Shown: piece after piece, positions 8,764 through 18,388 of the stretch
Layout of the letters: the number at the start of each line of letters is the position of its first letter
Numbering within the stretch: position 1 is the first letter of the stretch
Program-made: the position numbers and the translations under genes
The notes under the pieces: generated by a model
Told to the model about the DNA's origin: nothing
Databases searched by the model: none
The model's input: the letters and a program-made list of their open reading frames with translations, nothing else
From: a virus
Lineage: Duplodnaviria; Caudoviricetes
Direction: 5' to 3' (one strand)
Virus record (IMG/VR): IMGVR_UViG_3300042997_001997
Span: 1-45,586 of that record
DNA: 45,586 nt

Positions 8764-9605
8764 ATATTAAACCAATTATCTCTAACGTTTTTTTGTTTTT
8801 GAACTGGTTCACTTGGTAAATCTGAACCATTCCAATCAGCTTGAGTGCTTTTGTCGGTAAGATTAAATTCACTTAAGAATGATGCGTCCTTTTTGAGTTG
8901 TTCATACTTTTGTTCGTCAATGTTACTATATGATATACTTCTACCAAATGATCTTTGTATCTTATGTTTTTGTAATATTGGATTTGTGGACTTAAAGAAT
9001 TCACCATGAACCTGCTGATACTTTCCACTTTTAGATAAATTCTGATAAAGATTACCAATTAATTTTGCTTCTTTTTTATATGTTTGATAAGTCATTACAG
9101 ATAACATCTTTTCACGTTGTTTATCTGTTGATATTATTGTAAAAACTAATTCTAAACCTTGTTTAATTACTTCTTGTGATAATTCAAAGTTGGAAGAGTC
9201 TCCTCTGACTGTAACATTAAAACCATAGTCTAACGAATTAATTCGTCGCATTTCTTGTTGAAATAATGGACCATGCTGTTCTTTAAATCGTCCGTTTTGT
9301 AACCAATAAACATGTATCATTTCATGCGCTAAAACATCCTTAAAAAATTTATAGGGGATTTTAAGGAATTGGGACATGCTAAGGGAAACTATTTTAATTT
9401 CCCCACTTATTCTGTTTCTAGTTGCTTTAACAACTCCGTGTGCAACTTTTCTTGTGTTCCATAACATAGTTACAGGTTGTAACTTATTGTCAAACAATAA
9501 CTTATTTAATTTAGAATACTCTTGCTGTAAATCAATTTCATTAAAATCGACTATCTCATCATCCGTATGTTCTCTAATTTCATTTAAAATTGACATCAAC
9601 TTCAT
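8760..9605 (-). CDS. SprT-like zinc metalloprotease with leader MKLMSILNE
   Basis: YSKLNKLLFDNKL, VLAHEMIH, HGPLFQQEMRRIN. Confidence 0.85.
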   Translation of the reverse strand: MKLMSILNEIREHTDDEIVDFNEIDLQQEYSKLNKLLFDNKLQPVTMLWNTRKVAHGVVKATRNRISGEIKIVSLSMSQFLKIPYKFFKDVLAHEMIHVYWLQNGRFKEQHGPLFQQEMRRINSLDYGFNVTVRGDSSNFELSQEVIKQGLELVFTIISTDKQREKMLSVMTYQTYKKEAKLIGNLYQNLSKSGKYQQVHGEFFKSTNPILQKHKIQRSFGRSISYSNIDEQKYEQLKKDASFLSEFNLTDKSTQADWNGSDLPSEPVQKQKNVRDNWFNI

Positions 9606-9673
9606 AAAAATAAATATAAAAATTTTTGGATTTATCTTAAAAATTAGTATTTTTACATTCTAAAACATATTAT

Positions 9674-9940
9674 ATGACAGTAGATATTCAAATTCAGTAT
9701 CGCGAGTTAGTTGAAAAAAGATGTGTCGATTACAATTGGCATCTAAATGTACACGTTAAAGATGTGATGGTTTCAATGTTAATGACAAGAGATAAAATTT
9801 GGCAGGGAGGCGATTTCACTCAAGCAGTAATTGCAAATAACCTTGGTGAAGCAGTAAGACGCGCAGATAGTGATATGGCGGTTCATCTTAGACATATGGT
9901 TATAGCTCGAGATAATTTCTTTTTAGGACAGGAATGGTAA
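9674..9940 (+). CDS. Hypothetical protein
   Basis: 88-aa ORF containing GGDFTQAVIANNLGEAVRRAD. Confidence 0.75.
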   Translation: MTVDIQIQYRELVEKRCVDYNWHLNVHVKDVMVSMLMTRDKIWQGGDFTQAVIANNLGEAVRRADSDMAVHLRHMVIARDNFFLGQEW

Positions 9941-9964
9941 GGGATTTTGTAATATTTATATATT

Positions 9965-11209
9965 ATGAAAATACGCTTAACAGAATCGCAAATTAATTAC
10001 CTTGTTGAAAATATCAAAGATATTGATGAGGATTTGTTTTTGAAAAAAGACCCAGAAAATAAGAAATTAGTTATTTTTTCCGATTTAGATGGCGGTAATG
10101 AGACATTCAAACTTAAAGAAAAATTCAAAGAATTAGGTTTTACGTGGGATGCTTTAACCAAAAATTGGGTTGGTGATTATGATAAATTAGAAGCTATTAA
10201 TGACTTAATAAAAAAACACAATAAGACAAGAGAAGTTGTTGAAGACATTGAAAATCTTATTGAATTTGTAAGACAAGAAAATATAGATCCAACATCTAAA
10301 GAACTTATCGTTAAGAATTTAATGCAGTATGTTGATGATTTGGCTAATGCAACCGATGCTGCAGCTATGGATGCTGCGATAAGAAATTATCTAACCTTTT
10401 ATAGTAGATTCCACAATTATAGTTTTAATAATAGTATTATGATTATGATACAAAGACCTACAGCTACAAAAGTGGCAAGTAAAGGTGATTGGGCAAAAAG
10501 AAGTAGGGGATTAAAAAAGGGGGCAAAAGCAATTTGGATTTGGCGTCCTAATATGATTAAAGCAGCGCCTCCGGGAACTAAATGGACTGAAGAAAAACCA
10601 AAACCAGATCAAGATTATGGTGATATCGATCAAGCAATTAAACAAGGTGATGTTAAAAAACTTAGTGGCTTTGCGTTGGCTGCGGTTTACGATATTGCAG
10701 ATACGTTTGCGTTTAATGAAAAGGGAGATGTACCTGAACAACCTAAATGGTTTTCGGATAATGAACCAAGCGAAATTGCAGAAGATTTAATTAAAAGAGT
10801 AAAATTCTTTAGTGAGGAACTTGGTATTAAAATAACTAAAGATACCGCTAAAGGTGGTGAAAAAGGTTATAGTGCAGGCGGACATATAAATTTATCTTCG
10901 GACGTCGCAGGTGTTGCTGAAGCGTCAACATTAGTCCATGAAATGGCACACGAATTATTGCATTGGAAGAAAAAATCTCCGTTTTATACTAATGATGAAC
11001 AGTCTAACTCTCGTGAAATGAAGGAGTTACAAGCGGAGTCAGTATCATATGTAGTTTTAAAACACTATAATTTACCCGTAGCACATCACCCAACATATTT
11101 AGCATTATGGAAAGCAAATAGTGAAAAGATTAGAAAAAACATGGATATCATTACTAAATGTGCCAAATACATCATCGAGGGCATTGACAACGCAAAATTA
11201 GAAAATTAA
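9965..11209 (+). CDS. ArdC-like ssDNA-binding domain + zincin metallopeptidase, with virion-type leader
   Basis: FHNYSFNNSIMIMIQRPTATKVA...W...KKGAKAIWIW, VYDIADT, TLVHEMAHELLH, ELQAESVSYVV. Confidence 0.85.
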   Translation: MKIRLTESQINYLVENIKDIDEDLFLKKDPENKKLVIFSDLDGGNETFKLKEKFKELGFTWDALTKNWVGDYDKLEAINDLIKKHNKTREVVEDIENLIEFVRQENIDPTSKELIVKNLMQYVDDLANATDAAAMDAAIRNYLTFYSRFHNYSFNNSIMIMIQRPTATKVASKGDWAKRSRGLKKGAKAIWIWRPNMIKAAPPGTKWTEEKPKPDQDYGDIDQAIKQGDVKKLSGFALAAVYDIADTFAFNEKGDVPEQPKWFSDNEPSEIAEDLIKRVKFFSEELGIKITKDTAKGGEKGYSAGGHINLSSDVAGVAEASTLVHEMAHELLHWKKKSPFYTNDEQSNSREMKELQAESVSYVVLKHYNLPVAHHPTYLALWKANSEKIRKNMDIITKCAKYIIEGIDNAKLEN

Positions 11210-11241
11210 TATATTTTTTGTTTTTTCCCGTATTTTTAGCA

Positions 11242-11249
11242 TATCTTTG
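11242..11249 (+). promoter_or_regulatory. Bacteroidota-type -7 promoter element
   Basis: TATCTTTG 15 nt upstream of ATG 11265. Confidence 0.6.
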
Positions 11250-11264
11250 TGAAAATTTACAAAT

Positions 11265-12047
11265 ATGGTATATGTTAAAAAAGTGTGGAAAGAATTTAGT
11301 GTCAAGGAGTTAACCAATATAGCTAAAGGTTGTTCCTCTAAAGAAGAATTCAGAACAAAGTACAAAGAACAATATTTTTATTGTCTAAAAAAGAAATTAG
11401 ATAAAGAGATTCTTTCGTTGATTCCTCATAAGAAAAAGTGGACAAAGGAGACGTTAATTCAAGACGCTAAGAAGTATGACAAGATATCTGATTGGATGAC
11501 TGGAAATATATCTGCGTACAATACAGCATTAAAAACTGAATATTATGAAGAATGTATTTCACATATGGAAAGAGGAGTTTTTGGACCTGTTAAAAAATGG
11601 GACTATAATAAAATAAAAAAAATATATTCCAAATACGATAACATTAAAGATTTAAGAACAAATGACGCTACAGCATACAATAGCGCTATTAGATATGGGT
11701 ATCATAAAGAATTAGCTAAAAATATGGAACGCGGGTGGCAGAGGTTAAATTTAAAATGGACATTTGAAAATGTCAAAAAAGAAGCGTTAAAATACAATTC
11801 AATTAAAGAATTGCAAATCAAATCATCATCAGCATATAATACTGCAATTAGAAAAAAATGGTTGTTGGATATTATAGGACATATGAATGGTGGTAATACC
11901 AAATGGACGTTAGAGAAACTCGTTGAGGTTTTATCAAAACATCCACAAAATAAATGGTATAAAATTAAAGAGTGTCAAACAGCGTTTGTTTACATTAAAA
12001 GACATAAAATAAAAGACAAGGTATTGGAGCTTTTGGATAAGAAATAG
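11265..12047 (+). CDS. Basic repeat protein (about five ~50-aa KWT...AYNxA repeats), probable DNA binder
   Basis: KKWTKE, KKWDYN, LKWTFE, TKWTLE repeats with SAYNTA/TAYNSA. Confidence 0.75.
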   Translation: MVYVKKVWKEFSVKELTNIAKGCSSKEEFRTKYKEQYFYCLKKKLDKEILSLIPHKKKWTKETLIQDAKKYDKISDWMTGNISAYNTALKTEYYEECISHMERGVFGPVKKWDYNKIKKIYSKYDNIKDLRTNDATAYNSAIRYGYHKELAKNMERGWQRLNLKWTFENVKKEALKYNSIKELQIKSSSAYNTAIRKKWLLDIIGHMNGGNTKWTLEKLVEVLSKHPQNKWYKIKECQTAFVYIKRHKIKDKVLELLDKK

Positions 12048-12070
12048 GATAAATTACGATTGCTTGCGGA

Positions 12071-12097
12071 AGCCCCTTGTTTTACAAGGGGTTTTTT
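12071..12097 (+). terminator. Rho-independent terminator
   Basis: CCCCTTGT-ttt-ACAAGGGG followed by a T run. Confidence 0.85.
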
Positions 12098-12133
12098 GTT
12101 GTATTGGTATATTTATATAGGTAAAACAATACA

Positions 12134-12562
12134 ATGGGAAAAAAAATTAAGATAACCGAAAATCAATTAAAAAAATTGGTTGAGAATAAAAACAAGAAAG
12201 CTATTCAAGAAAATGATGGTGGTAGTGAAACAAACTACATGTTTTTTTCTAATTTGGAGCAATTACATAGACAAACAAAATTGTTAATGGAACTAGATCC
12301 AAATAAGGTTAATGAAACACTTAATAATGGACATGATTGGGCTGATGATCATGTAACGGTTGCAAAAGAAAACCTAAGTCAAGTGTTTGATTTTATGATG
12401 AACGAATTTAAAGGTTCTGGTGAAGAAGAGCAAGATCCATTCTATGACAGAGAAGAAGAAATCAATTACGGTACTGAAGAAGATGAGGTGGAACCAAAAG
12501 ACAACGGAATTATGAACGAATCAGTTCAAAAGATTAAAAATCAATTTAAAAGATTTTTTTAA
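12134..12562 (+). CDS. Acidic hypothetical protein with leader MGKKIKITENQLKKLVE and C-terminal IMNESVQKIK motif
   Basis: 142-aa ORF, TATTTATA at 12110. Confidence 0.85.
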   Translation: MGKKIKITENQLKKLVENKNKKAIQENDGGSETNYMFFSNLEQLHRQTKLLMELDPNKVNETLNNGHDWADDHVTVAKENLSQVFDFMMNEFKGSGEEEQDPFYDREEEINYGTEEDEVEPKDNGIMNESVQKIKNQFKRFF

Positions 12563-12565
12563 TAT

Positions 12566-12591
12566 AAACCCTCCAACTCGGAGGGTTTTTT
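12566..12591 (+). terminator. Rho-independent terminator, near-copy of 85-110
   Basis: AAACCCTCC-aactc-GGAGGGTTT followed by T. Confidence 0.8.
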
Positions 12592-12607
12592 GTGATATTT
12601 ATTTAAT

Positions 12608-12946
12608 ATGAAGATTAAAGTAACGGAAGCGCAGTTCAAATTAATTAACGAAGAAAAGGAAATGGACGAAAGAAGTAGAAGTTTAGCTTTCTCAAGAAGA
12701 AAAAGACTCTATCCTGAACCTGCGAGAAGATATGTTCCTAACAGATTTAGATATGAAGATAGGATTGAGGAGGGTGACAAACCTCTAAACGACAAACAGG
12801 TGAAAAGCATCGAGGATTTAAATAAAGACGCTAAATTCTTAACTTGTGATAATTGTAGGAAGAAATTTACTCAAGTCACCTATAAAAAGAAGAAATCTTT
12901 ACCCATCTGCCCTTGGTGCGGTACTCACAACAACAAATATAAATAA
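12608..12946 (+). CDS. Leader-bearing protein with C-terminal Zn ribbon
   Basis: MKIKVTEAQFKLINEE; CDNC...CPWC. Confidence 0.8.
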   Translation: MKIKVTEAQFKLINEEKEMDERSRSLAFSRRKRLYPEPARRYVPNRFRYEDRIEEGDKPLNDKQVKSIEDLNKDAKFLTCDNCRKKFTQVTYKKKKSLPICPWCGTHNNKYK

Positions 12947-13003
12947 AATATTTTTTGTTTGTTTTAAAAAATATACATATCTTTGTGGTATAAATTTAAA
13001 ATT

Positions 13004-13225
13004 ATGAAAAAATTACTATTATTTATTTTGTTTGGAGCATTGTCCAATCTTGCATTTTCACAATCTTTTTCAAAAAAGAAACACACCAATAAAAAAGTTA
13101 CTAACCCTACATCACCGAAGAAATATTCGGAATACTATGTGGTTAAATCAAAAGATGGAAAAAAAATCGATACGGTTGAGATTGTTATTGGACAACCAAA
13201 ATTAGTTAAACCTAAACATAACTAA
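13004..13225 (+). CDS. Small exported protein
   Basis: MKKLLLFILFGALSNLAFS|Q signal peptide; TATCTTTG at 12978-12985. Confidence 0.7.
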   Translation: MKKLLLFILFGALSNLAFSQSFSKKKHTNKKVTNPTSPKKYSEYYVVKSKDGKKIDTVEIVIGQPKLVKPKHN

Positions 13226-14358
13226 GTACCCGATTGGTATTCTCTTTTATTTTGTTGTAATGTTGGTGATGGGTTTGTTACCTGCCCTCCTCTTATCATG
13301 TTTAATAAAAAATCTAATCTCTCACCCAGATCTTTTGTTGCCATCACAACTTTACTATCAATTGTAGGTAATAGTTGTGATGCGCTATTTTTAAGATATG
13401 TTGATACATATAATTTAAAATTATTTATATATCCCGATTTTAATTTTCCCAATAATACATTTACTTCATTATTTAATTCAGTGATTTTTGCCACCTTCAC
13501 GGGATTTGTGCCATTACCGGCTTTATCTTCAATTTCTTGTAATGAAATAATTTTATTTGCTATTGGTGTAAAATCAATATCTAAATTTTCTCTTGTGACA
13601 AAACCTTTAACCTTAGCCATTACAGGTAAAATTGTGTCCTTTTGAGCTTCATCTACAAATTTACCGCGTCCTGATAACATGTTTTGTGCCATATTATTTA
13701 ATAAATCTATCATAGATTTATTACCTTTTTTAGAATATTCGGCGAACGTTGTTTTTTCAGGATTTTTAAGGGATAGTTGTGACAATAAAAAATAAATTGT
13801 ATTTATTGTTGGTTGCGTATTATACGCAGCATTAACGTTTAAATTAACGCTTTCACTGTTTCTTTTTGTTTGAAACCCAATTGTCGCCACGCCACCTTTA
13901 CCTTTCATTTGATCCATTAACCTTTTAATGGCTAATAAACCATTGTGTGAAGCTGCAACCCATAAACCTGAAACGAAATTAAATGTCTTTGTGCCTTTAG
14001 TTTCTAATGCCACCCCCGCCTTACCAGGAGCCTGATATACCTCAATATAATCAAAGTAACCACCCATATCACCATCGTCTTTAGGATCGTTAGTTACTGG
14101 CGTGTATGGTGTAAAAATTGATAAAAATGTTTTTGGATCTTTGGTGCTTTGCTCAATCACTTTACTAATTTGTGCAACATAGAATTTAGTTTCATTTTGA
14201 GCACCGTTTGGTAAACCGAACGAACTACTTAACATTGCGTGCGTTATTTTACTGGCATCGGTTTCAGCCACGAATTCGTTTACCGTTGCACCTTGTTCGT
14301 TAATAAAATTATTGATGACACTTTTTACTTGTGATTCTGTTAATATTATTTTCTTCAT
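13222..14358 (-). CDS. Hypothetical protein with leader MKKIILTESQVKSVINNFINEQ
   Basis: 378-aa ORF; TATTTATA on minus strand at 14364-14371. Confidence 0.85.
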   Translation of the reverse strand: MKKIILTESQVKSVINNFINEQGATVNEFVAETDASKITHAMLSSSFGLPNGAQNETKFYVAQISKVIEQSTKDPKTFLSIFTPYTPVTNDPKDDGDMGGYFDYIEVYQAPGKAGVALETKGTKTFNFVSGLWVAASHNGLLAIKRLMDQMKGKGGVATIGFQTKRNSESVNLNVNAAYNTQPTINTIYFLLSQLSLKNPEKTTFAEYSKKGNKSMIDLLNNMAQNMLSGRGKFVDEAQKDTILPVMAKVKGFVTRENLDIDFTPIANKIISLQEIEDKAGNGTNPVKVAKITELNNEVNVLLGKLKSGYINNFKLYVSTYLKNSASQLLPTIDSKVVMATKDLGERLDFLLNMIRGGQVTNPSPTLQQNKREYQSGT

Positions 14359-14410
14359 ATTAATATAAATACTTTGAAAGTTAAGATATATTTATTATAA
14401 AAGAAATACT

Positions 14411-15253
14411 ATGCTATTAAAAATTGGTTCAGAAGGACAAGACGTTATTAAATTACAAAATAAATTAGGTGTTGAACCAATTGGAAAGTTCGGTCCTAAG
14501 ACTGAAGCGGCAGTTAAAGCTTGGCAATCAGCTAATGGAATTACTGCTGATGGTATAGTTGGAGATGGTACTTGGGGTAAGATGTTTGCGGAGAACGTTG
14601 TTAGTGCACCTACATTAATTACAGAGCCCGCGCCAATTAAGAGTGTTGGTGGCTTAAAGTTAGAGAAGTTAAAGGGACATATTCCTGATACTGTAATTGC
14701 ACAAATACCAGATACCGCAGCTAAATTTGAAATTAACACCCCTTTAAGGTTAGCACACTTCTTAGCACAATGCGGACACGAAAGTGGCGGATTTAGGCTT
14801 ACAAAGGAGAATTTGAACTATTCTGCTAAAGGATTGAATGGCACATTCAAGAAATATTTTCCAACATTAGAGTCTGCAGTACCATACGAAAGAAAACCGG
14901 AGAAAATTGCTAATAAAGTATATGGTAATAGAATGGGTAATGGTTCAGAATCTTCTGGTGAGGGTGCAAAATTTTGTGGTCGTGGATATATCCAATTAAC
15001 AGGTAAAGATAACTACACAGCATTTGGTAAATCAATAAATGAGGACATGACAGCAAATCCCGATAAAGTAGCATCAAGCTATGCATTATTATCTGCTGCT
15101 TGGTTTTTCTCAAAAAACGGATTAAATAAAATGGCTGATGAAGGATCTAGTGATTTAGTTGTAACAAAGATTACTAAAAGAGTAAATGGTGGGACAATAG
15201 GATTACCTGATAGAATTAAACACTTTAAAGAATATTATTCTTTATTATCTTAA
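14411..15253 (+). CDS. Endolysin: PG-binding domain + GH19 (chitinase/lysozyme-like) domain
   Basis: LKIGSEGQDV...ADGIVG; LAHFLAQCGHESGGF, ENLNYSA, GRGYIQLTGKDNY, ITKRVNGG. Confidence 0.93.
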   Translation: MLLKIGSEGQDVIKLQNKLGVEPIGKFGPKTEAAVKAWQSANGITADGIVGDGTWGKMFAENVVSAPTLITEPAPIKSVGGLKLEKLKGHIPDTVIAQIPDTAAKFEINTPLRLAHFLAQCGHESGGFRLTKENLNYSAKGLNGTFKKYFPTLESAVPYERKPEKIANKVYGNRMGNGSESSGEGAKFCGRGYIQLTGKDNYTAFGKSINEDMTANPDKVASSYALLSAAWFFSKNGLNKMADEGSSDLVVTKITKRVNGGTIGLPDRIKHFKEYYSLLS

Positions 15254-15615
15254 TAGATTGCTTTTGGATCTGATTTAATACCAAATCCACGCTTTAATTT
15301 TTCACCTAACCAATCTAAAATTGGTTTATTACTTGAAATTTTTTCTTTCCAAAGATTGAACTCTTTAGGGTATTTTTTGTACATGATATCAATACAATCC
15401 ATCATATGTCCTGTTTGATCGCAACCAATCATCTTTTGATATTTTTTAATTCTATCAGTTAAATCAACTCCCTTTATACCTTTTTGATTTAAAAATTCTA
15501 AAGAACCTTTATCTATTGCAACTTTTTGATCGAAAGCAAAATCGCCTGGACCTTCGTTTAATTGATGATTAATAATTTTTTTAATCTGATTTTCTGTGAA
15601 TATGTATTTTTTCAT
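15250..15615 (-). CDS. Hypothetical protein with leader MKKYIFTENQIKKIINHQLNEG
   Basis: 121-aa ORF coupled to the upstream gene. Confidence 0.8.
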   Translation of the reverse strand: MKKYIFTENQIKKIINHQLNEGPGDFAFDQKVAIDKGSLEFLNQKGIKGVDLTDRIKKYQKMIGCDQTGHMMDCIDIMYKKYPKEFNLWKEKISSNKPILDWLGEKLKRGFGIKSDPKAIY

Positions 15616-15616
15616 A

Positions 15617-15919
15617 CTATTTTGTTCTTATCGTTGTTTTTTTATGTAATGTATCATTTTCTTTAGTAAGATATTCTACCTTAACAGATAAAGCGGCTAC
15701 TTCCCTTGTTAATGTTAACACCATTGAACGTAGTTCATCTTTTTCTCTTGCTGCCGATTCTAACAGCCCTTCTAATTTAGAAATCCTATCTTTACAATCG
15801 TGGCGAATGAAATCTTCATCTCTTTCTTTGTGTAGTGCTCGTTTTTCGTAAAATCTCCAAGCTCCCGTACCACCTAAAACCGTCAATGCGGTTATCATTA
15901 CAGTATAAACATTTTCCAT
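15617..15919 (-). CDS. N-terminal TM + coiled-coil protein (holin/antiholin-like candidate)
   Basis: VMITALTVLGGTGAW then a heptad region; near the endolysin; TATTTAT upstream. Confidence 0.6.
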   Translation of the reverse strand: MENVYTVMITALTVLGGTGAWRFYEKRALHKERDEDFIRHDCKDRISKLEGLLESAAREKDELRSMVLTLTREVAALSVKVEYLTKENDTLHKKTTIRTK

Positions 15920-16097
15920 ATTGTAATAAATAGTGTAACACGAAATAAAAATTTAACTTTATTTAATCCCATTGGCATAAAAACCCAAATTAATTTTTAT
16001 CTGACAAATCGACACTCTATTTTTGGGTACTTTTTCAATCTATAACTTATTTATATTTGTTGTCGGGGGACAAAATAAATTCATTAAATTAATATAC

Positions 16098-16124
16098 GGG
16101 AGATTTCACAAACTCCCCTTTTTT
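16098..16124 (+). terminator. Terminator-like hairpin
   Basis: GGGAG...CTCCC followed by a T run. Confidence 0.5.
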
Positions 16125-16142
16125 ATGTATATTAAGTAATAT

Positions 16143-16694
16143 ATGAGTAAGATAATTAACTTTTTTGGTGGACCTGGAATAGGTAAATCCACGCAAGCAT
16201 CAGGTTTATTTACTGAGATGAAAAAACACCACATGAGTGTTGAATATACGTATGAGTTTCCAAAAGAGGTTGCTTGGGAGGGAAACGTGTCTCAATTAAA
16301 AGATCAGTTCTTTATCACCGCAAATCAACATAGAAATATTAGTCGTCTTTATGGTAAAGTAGATTATATAATTGTTGATTCACCAATAGTATTGGGTTGT
16401 TTTTACGAACAACGATATGGTGAGGGATACCCCGCATCGCATTACTCAATGTCAGGTTTAAGTAATTTTCTTTGGTCTTTATTTAAAAGATACGACAACA
16501 TAAACATATTATTAAAAAGAAATGATGAAACATATGATACAAATGGTAGACTACAGGGTTTACAAGAGGCTCAGGAGATTGATTTGGACATTAAACAAAC
16601 ATTGGATGTTAATAGCATACATTATAGCGAATTTTGTGTTAATAACAACACTGCTTTGGAGATTTACAACTATTTAATAGAAAACAATTTATGA
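16143..16694 (+). CDS. P-loop nucleotide kinase (AAA_28/NadR-like)
   Basis: INFFGGPGIGKST Walker A, YIIVDSP, lid-like GRLQ. Confidence 0.85.
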   Translation: MSKIINFFGGPGIGKSTQASGLFTEMKKHHMSVEYTYEFPKEVAWEGNVSQLKDQFFITANQHRNISRLYGKVDYIIVDSPIVLGCFYEQRYGEGYPASHYSMSGLSNFLWSLFKRYDNINILLKRNDETYDTNGRLQGLQEAQEIDLDIKQTLDVNSIHYSEFCVNNNTALEIYNYLIENNL

Positions 16695-17332
16695 GGAAAG
16701 GTTTATTATTGATTAGTTCTATTTTATTTACTATTGTATTATTCGGGCAAGATGTTGTAGTATTAAAACACACAAATTACACGTCGCATTATTCAAAATC
16801 GAAGAAATATCCTGTGATGGTTGAGTGGTGGGTTACAAGAGCCAAGGTTGGTTGTCCAACTCCAATGGCGAGAAAAGATAATTTTAAACCAGATCCATTG
16901 TTACCAAAAGAAACAAATTTGGGTGCTGATTATGTGGGAAGTGGAACTGATAGAGGGCACATGATGCCAGCAGCAGAGAATCTTTGTCAGACAGCTGAAA
17001 TACAAAATGAATCTTTTTATTATTCAAATATGGCAGCTCAATATCATAGTTTAAATGCTGGTGATTGGAAGTCTGTTGAAACGATGGAAAGGGAGTGGGC
17101 TAAAAAGGACGATTCAGTTCACGTGTGGTGCGGTAATATAGGTGTAGCTAAAACAATTGGTGTTGGTAAGGTGGCTGTTCCAAAGCAATGTTGGAAAGTA
17201 TTATACTTTGTAAAAACTAAAGAATGGATGGCGTTTCTTTTTGATAACAATACATCTAAACCAGATGGGATACACAATAATTTAGTTGAACTTGCTGATA
17301 TTGAAAAACTAATAAATTTTAAATTTAAGTAA
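16691..17332 (+). CDS. Exported DNA/RNA non-specific endonuclease (NucA/EndA family)
   Basis: DRGHMMPA, SFYYSNMAAQ...LNAGDW...E, VPKQCWKV; signal peptide followed by Gln. Confidence 0.9.
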   Translation: MRKGLLLISSILFTIVLFGQDVVVLKHTNYTSHYSKSKKYPVMVEWWVTRAKVGCPTPMARKDNFKPDPLLPKETNLGADYVGSGTDRGHMMPAAENLCQTAEIQNESFYYSNMAAQYHSLNAGDWKSVETMEREWAKKDDSVHVWCGNIGVAKTIGVGKVAVPKQCWKVLYFVKTKEWMAFLFDNNTSKPDGIHNNLVELADIEKLINFKFK

Positions 17333-17541
17333 TGATAACAAAAGAATTAGTTAATTATCAAGATAAATTATATTATATCTATAAAAAAATGAAACCACAT
17401 CAAATCAAAGATGGTTACATTAATGACATACGAGAACACTTTAGGTGTGATGTTGTTGTTAAAAATAGAATAAATAATGATGATACGCTTCTTTTCTTAA
17501 GGGAGATATCTGAAGTGGAAATTGTTAAAGATATAAACTAA
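17332..17541 (+). CDS. Hypothetical protein
   Basis: 69-aa ORF coupled to the nuclease (TAATG). Confidence 0.7.
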   Translation: MITKELVNYQDKLYYIYKKMKPHQIKDGYINDIREHFRCDVVVKNRINNDDTLLFLREISEVEIVKDIN

Positions 17542-17934
17542 TTACATATTTTTTTTAATATGTCTAATACACGGTTTAGTGTATTTTGTTTCATTTCTCT
17601 TTGCTTGTCGTTCTAATGGATTTTGGGAATAATATAGTGTTTTCTCATATTCCCTATATTTCGTTCGTATTTGTAAGTAATGAGTGTATTCGTGTATAAC
17701 CGTTGCAACAATATCGTGAATTGTTTTGTTGTTTGGTAAATAAATTACAATCTCATTTCTATAAAAACAATAATTACCATATATATCAAAATTACCTGAT
17801 TTCCTATTTCTTTCGCTAACTCTAAATTTTAATTTACGTCTTTTTCTATCACAAAGTCCAAAGTACTCCTTACACCACTTTAAAGCCATTTCGGCGTAGT
17901 AAGTCTTCGATCCTATGTCGATAGTTCTAGCCAT
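17542..17934 (-). CDS. Small zincin-like metallopeptidase
   Basis: TVIHEYTHYLQ...NPLERQA. Confidence 0.75.
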   Translation of the reverse strand: MARTIDIGSKTYYAEMALKWCKEYFGLCDRKRRKLKFRVSERNRKSGNFDIYGNYCFYRNEIVIYLPNNKTIHDIVATVIHEYTHYLQIRTKYREYEKTLYYSQNPLERQAKRNETKYTKPCIRHIKKNM

Positions 17935-18286
17935 TTGTCGGTTTTTCGGTTTTAATAACTCTTGTTTGTCTTTTTATTGTTTTAGTAAATTCGCTAACAG
18001 CCTCAAAATTGTTAAAAATGTCATTTAATATTGCTGCAAACTCATAATTTTCTATTTCTTCGTTCTTTTTCCACAATACGGTTATAAAAACCTTCATCTC
18101 CGTATCGGTTAACTTTGCACGGATAGCTAAAGATTTTTTCATCAATTTGAAAACAGTGTATAAAACGCCCATTTTCTTATCTTGGGTTAGTTTGAAATAA
18201 TTTTCTACAGATATGTTAGATAAGATGGAATTTGTCACATTATCCAAAAATGAAATAAAAGAGGGATGGTTAACGTTTACTTTCAT
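17927..18286 (-). CDS. Hypothetical protein with UVR-like motif
   Basis: ENYEFAAILND; TATTTAT upstream. Confidence 0.7.
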   Translation of the reverse strand: MKVNVNHPSFISFLDNVTNSILSNISVENYFKLTQDKKMGVLYTVFKLMKKSLAIRAKLTDTEMKVFITVLWKKNEEIENYEFAAILNDIFNNFEAVSEFTKTIKRQTRVIKTEKPTNG

Positions 18287-18331
18287 ATACCTTTCGTTTT
18301 AAATAAATACTCTTAATAAAGTTCTAAAATT

Positions 18332-18367
18332 AAAAAGGGGATAAGTTTTTTATTTCTTAACCCCTTT
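18332..18367 (-). terminator. Terminator after the 18389-18748 gene
   Basis: AAAGGGG...CCCCTTT inverted repeat. Confidence 0.55.
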
Positions 18368-18388
18368 GTTTTTTATTTGTTTTTTGGG

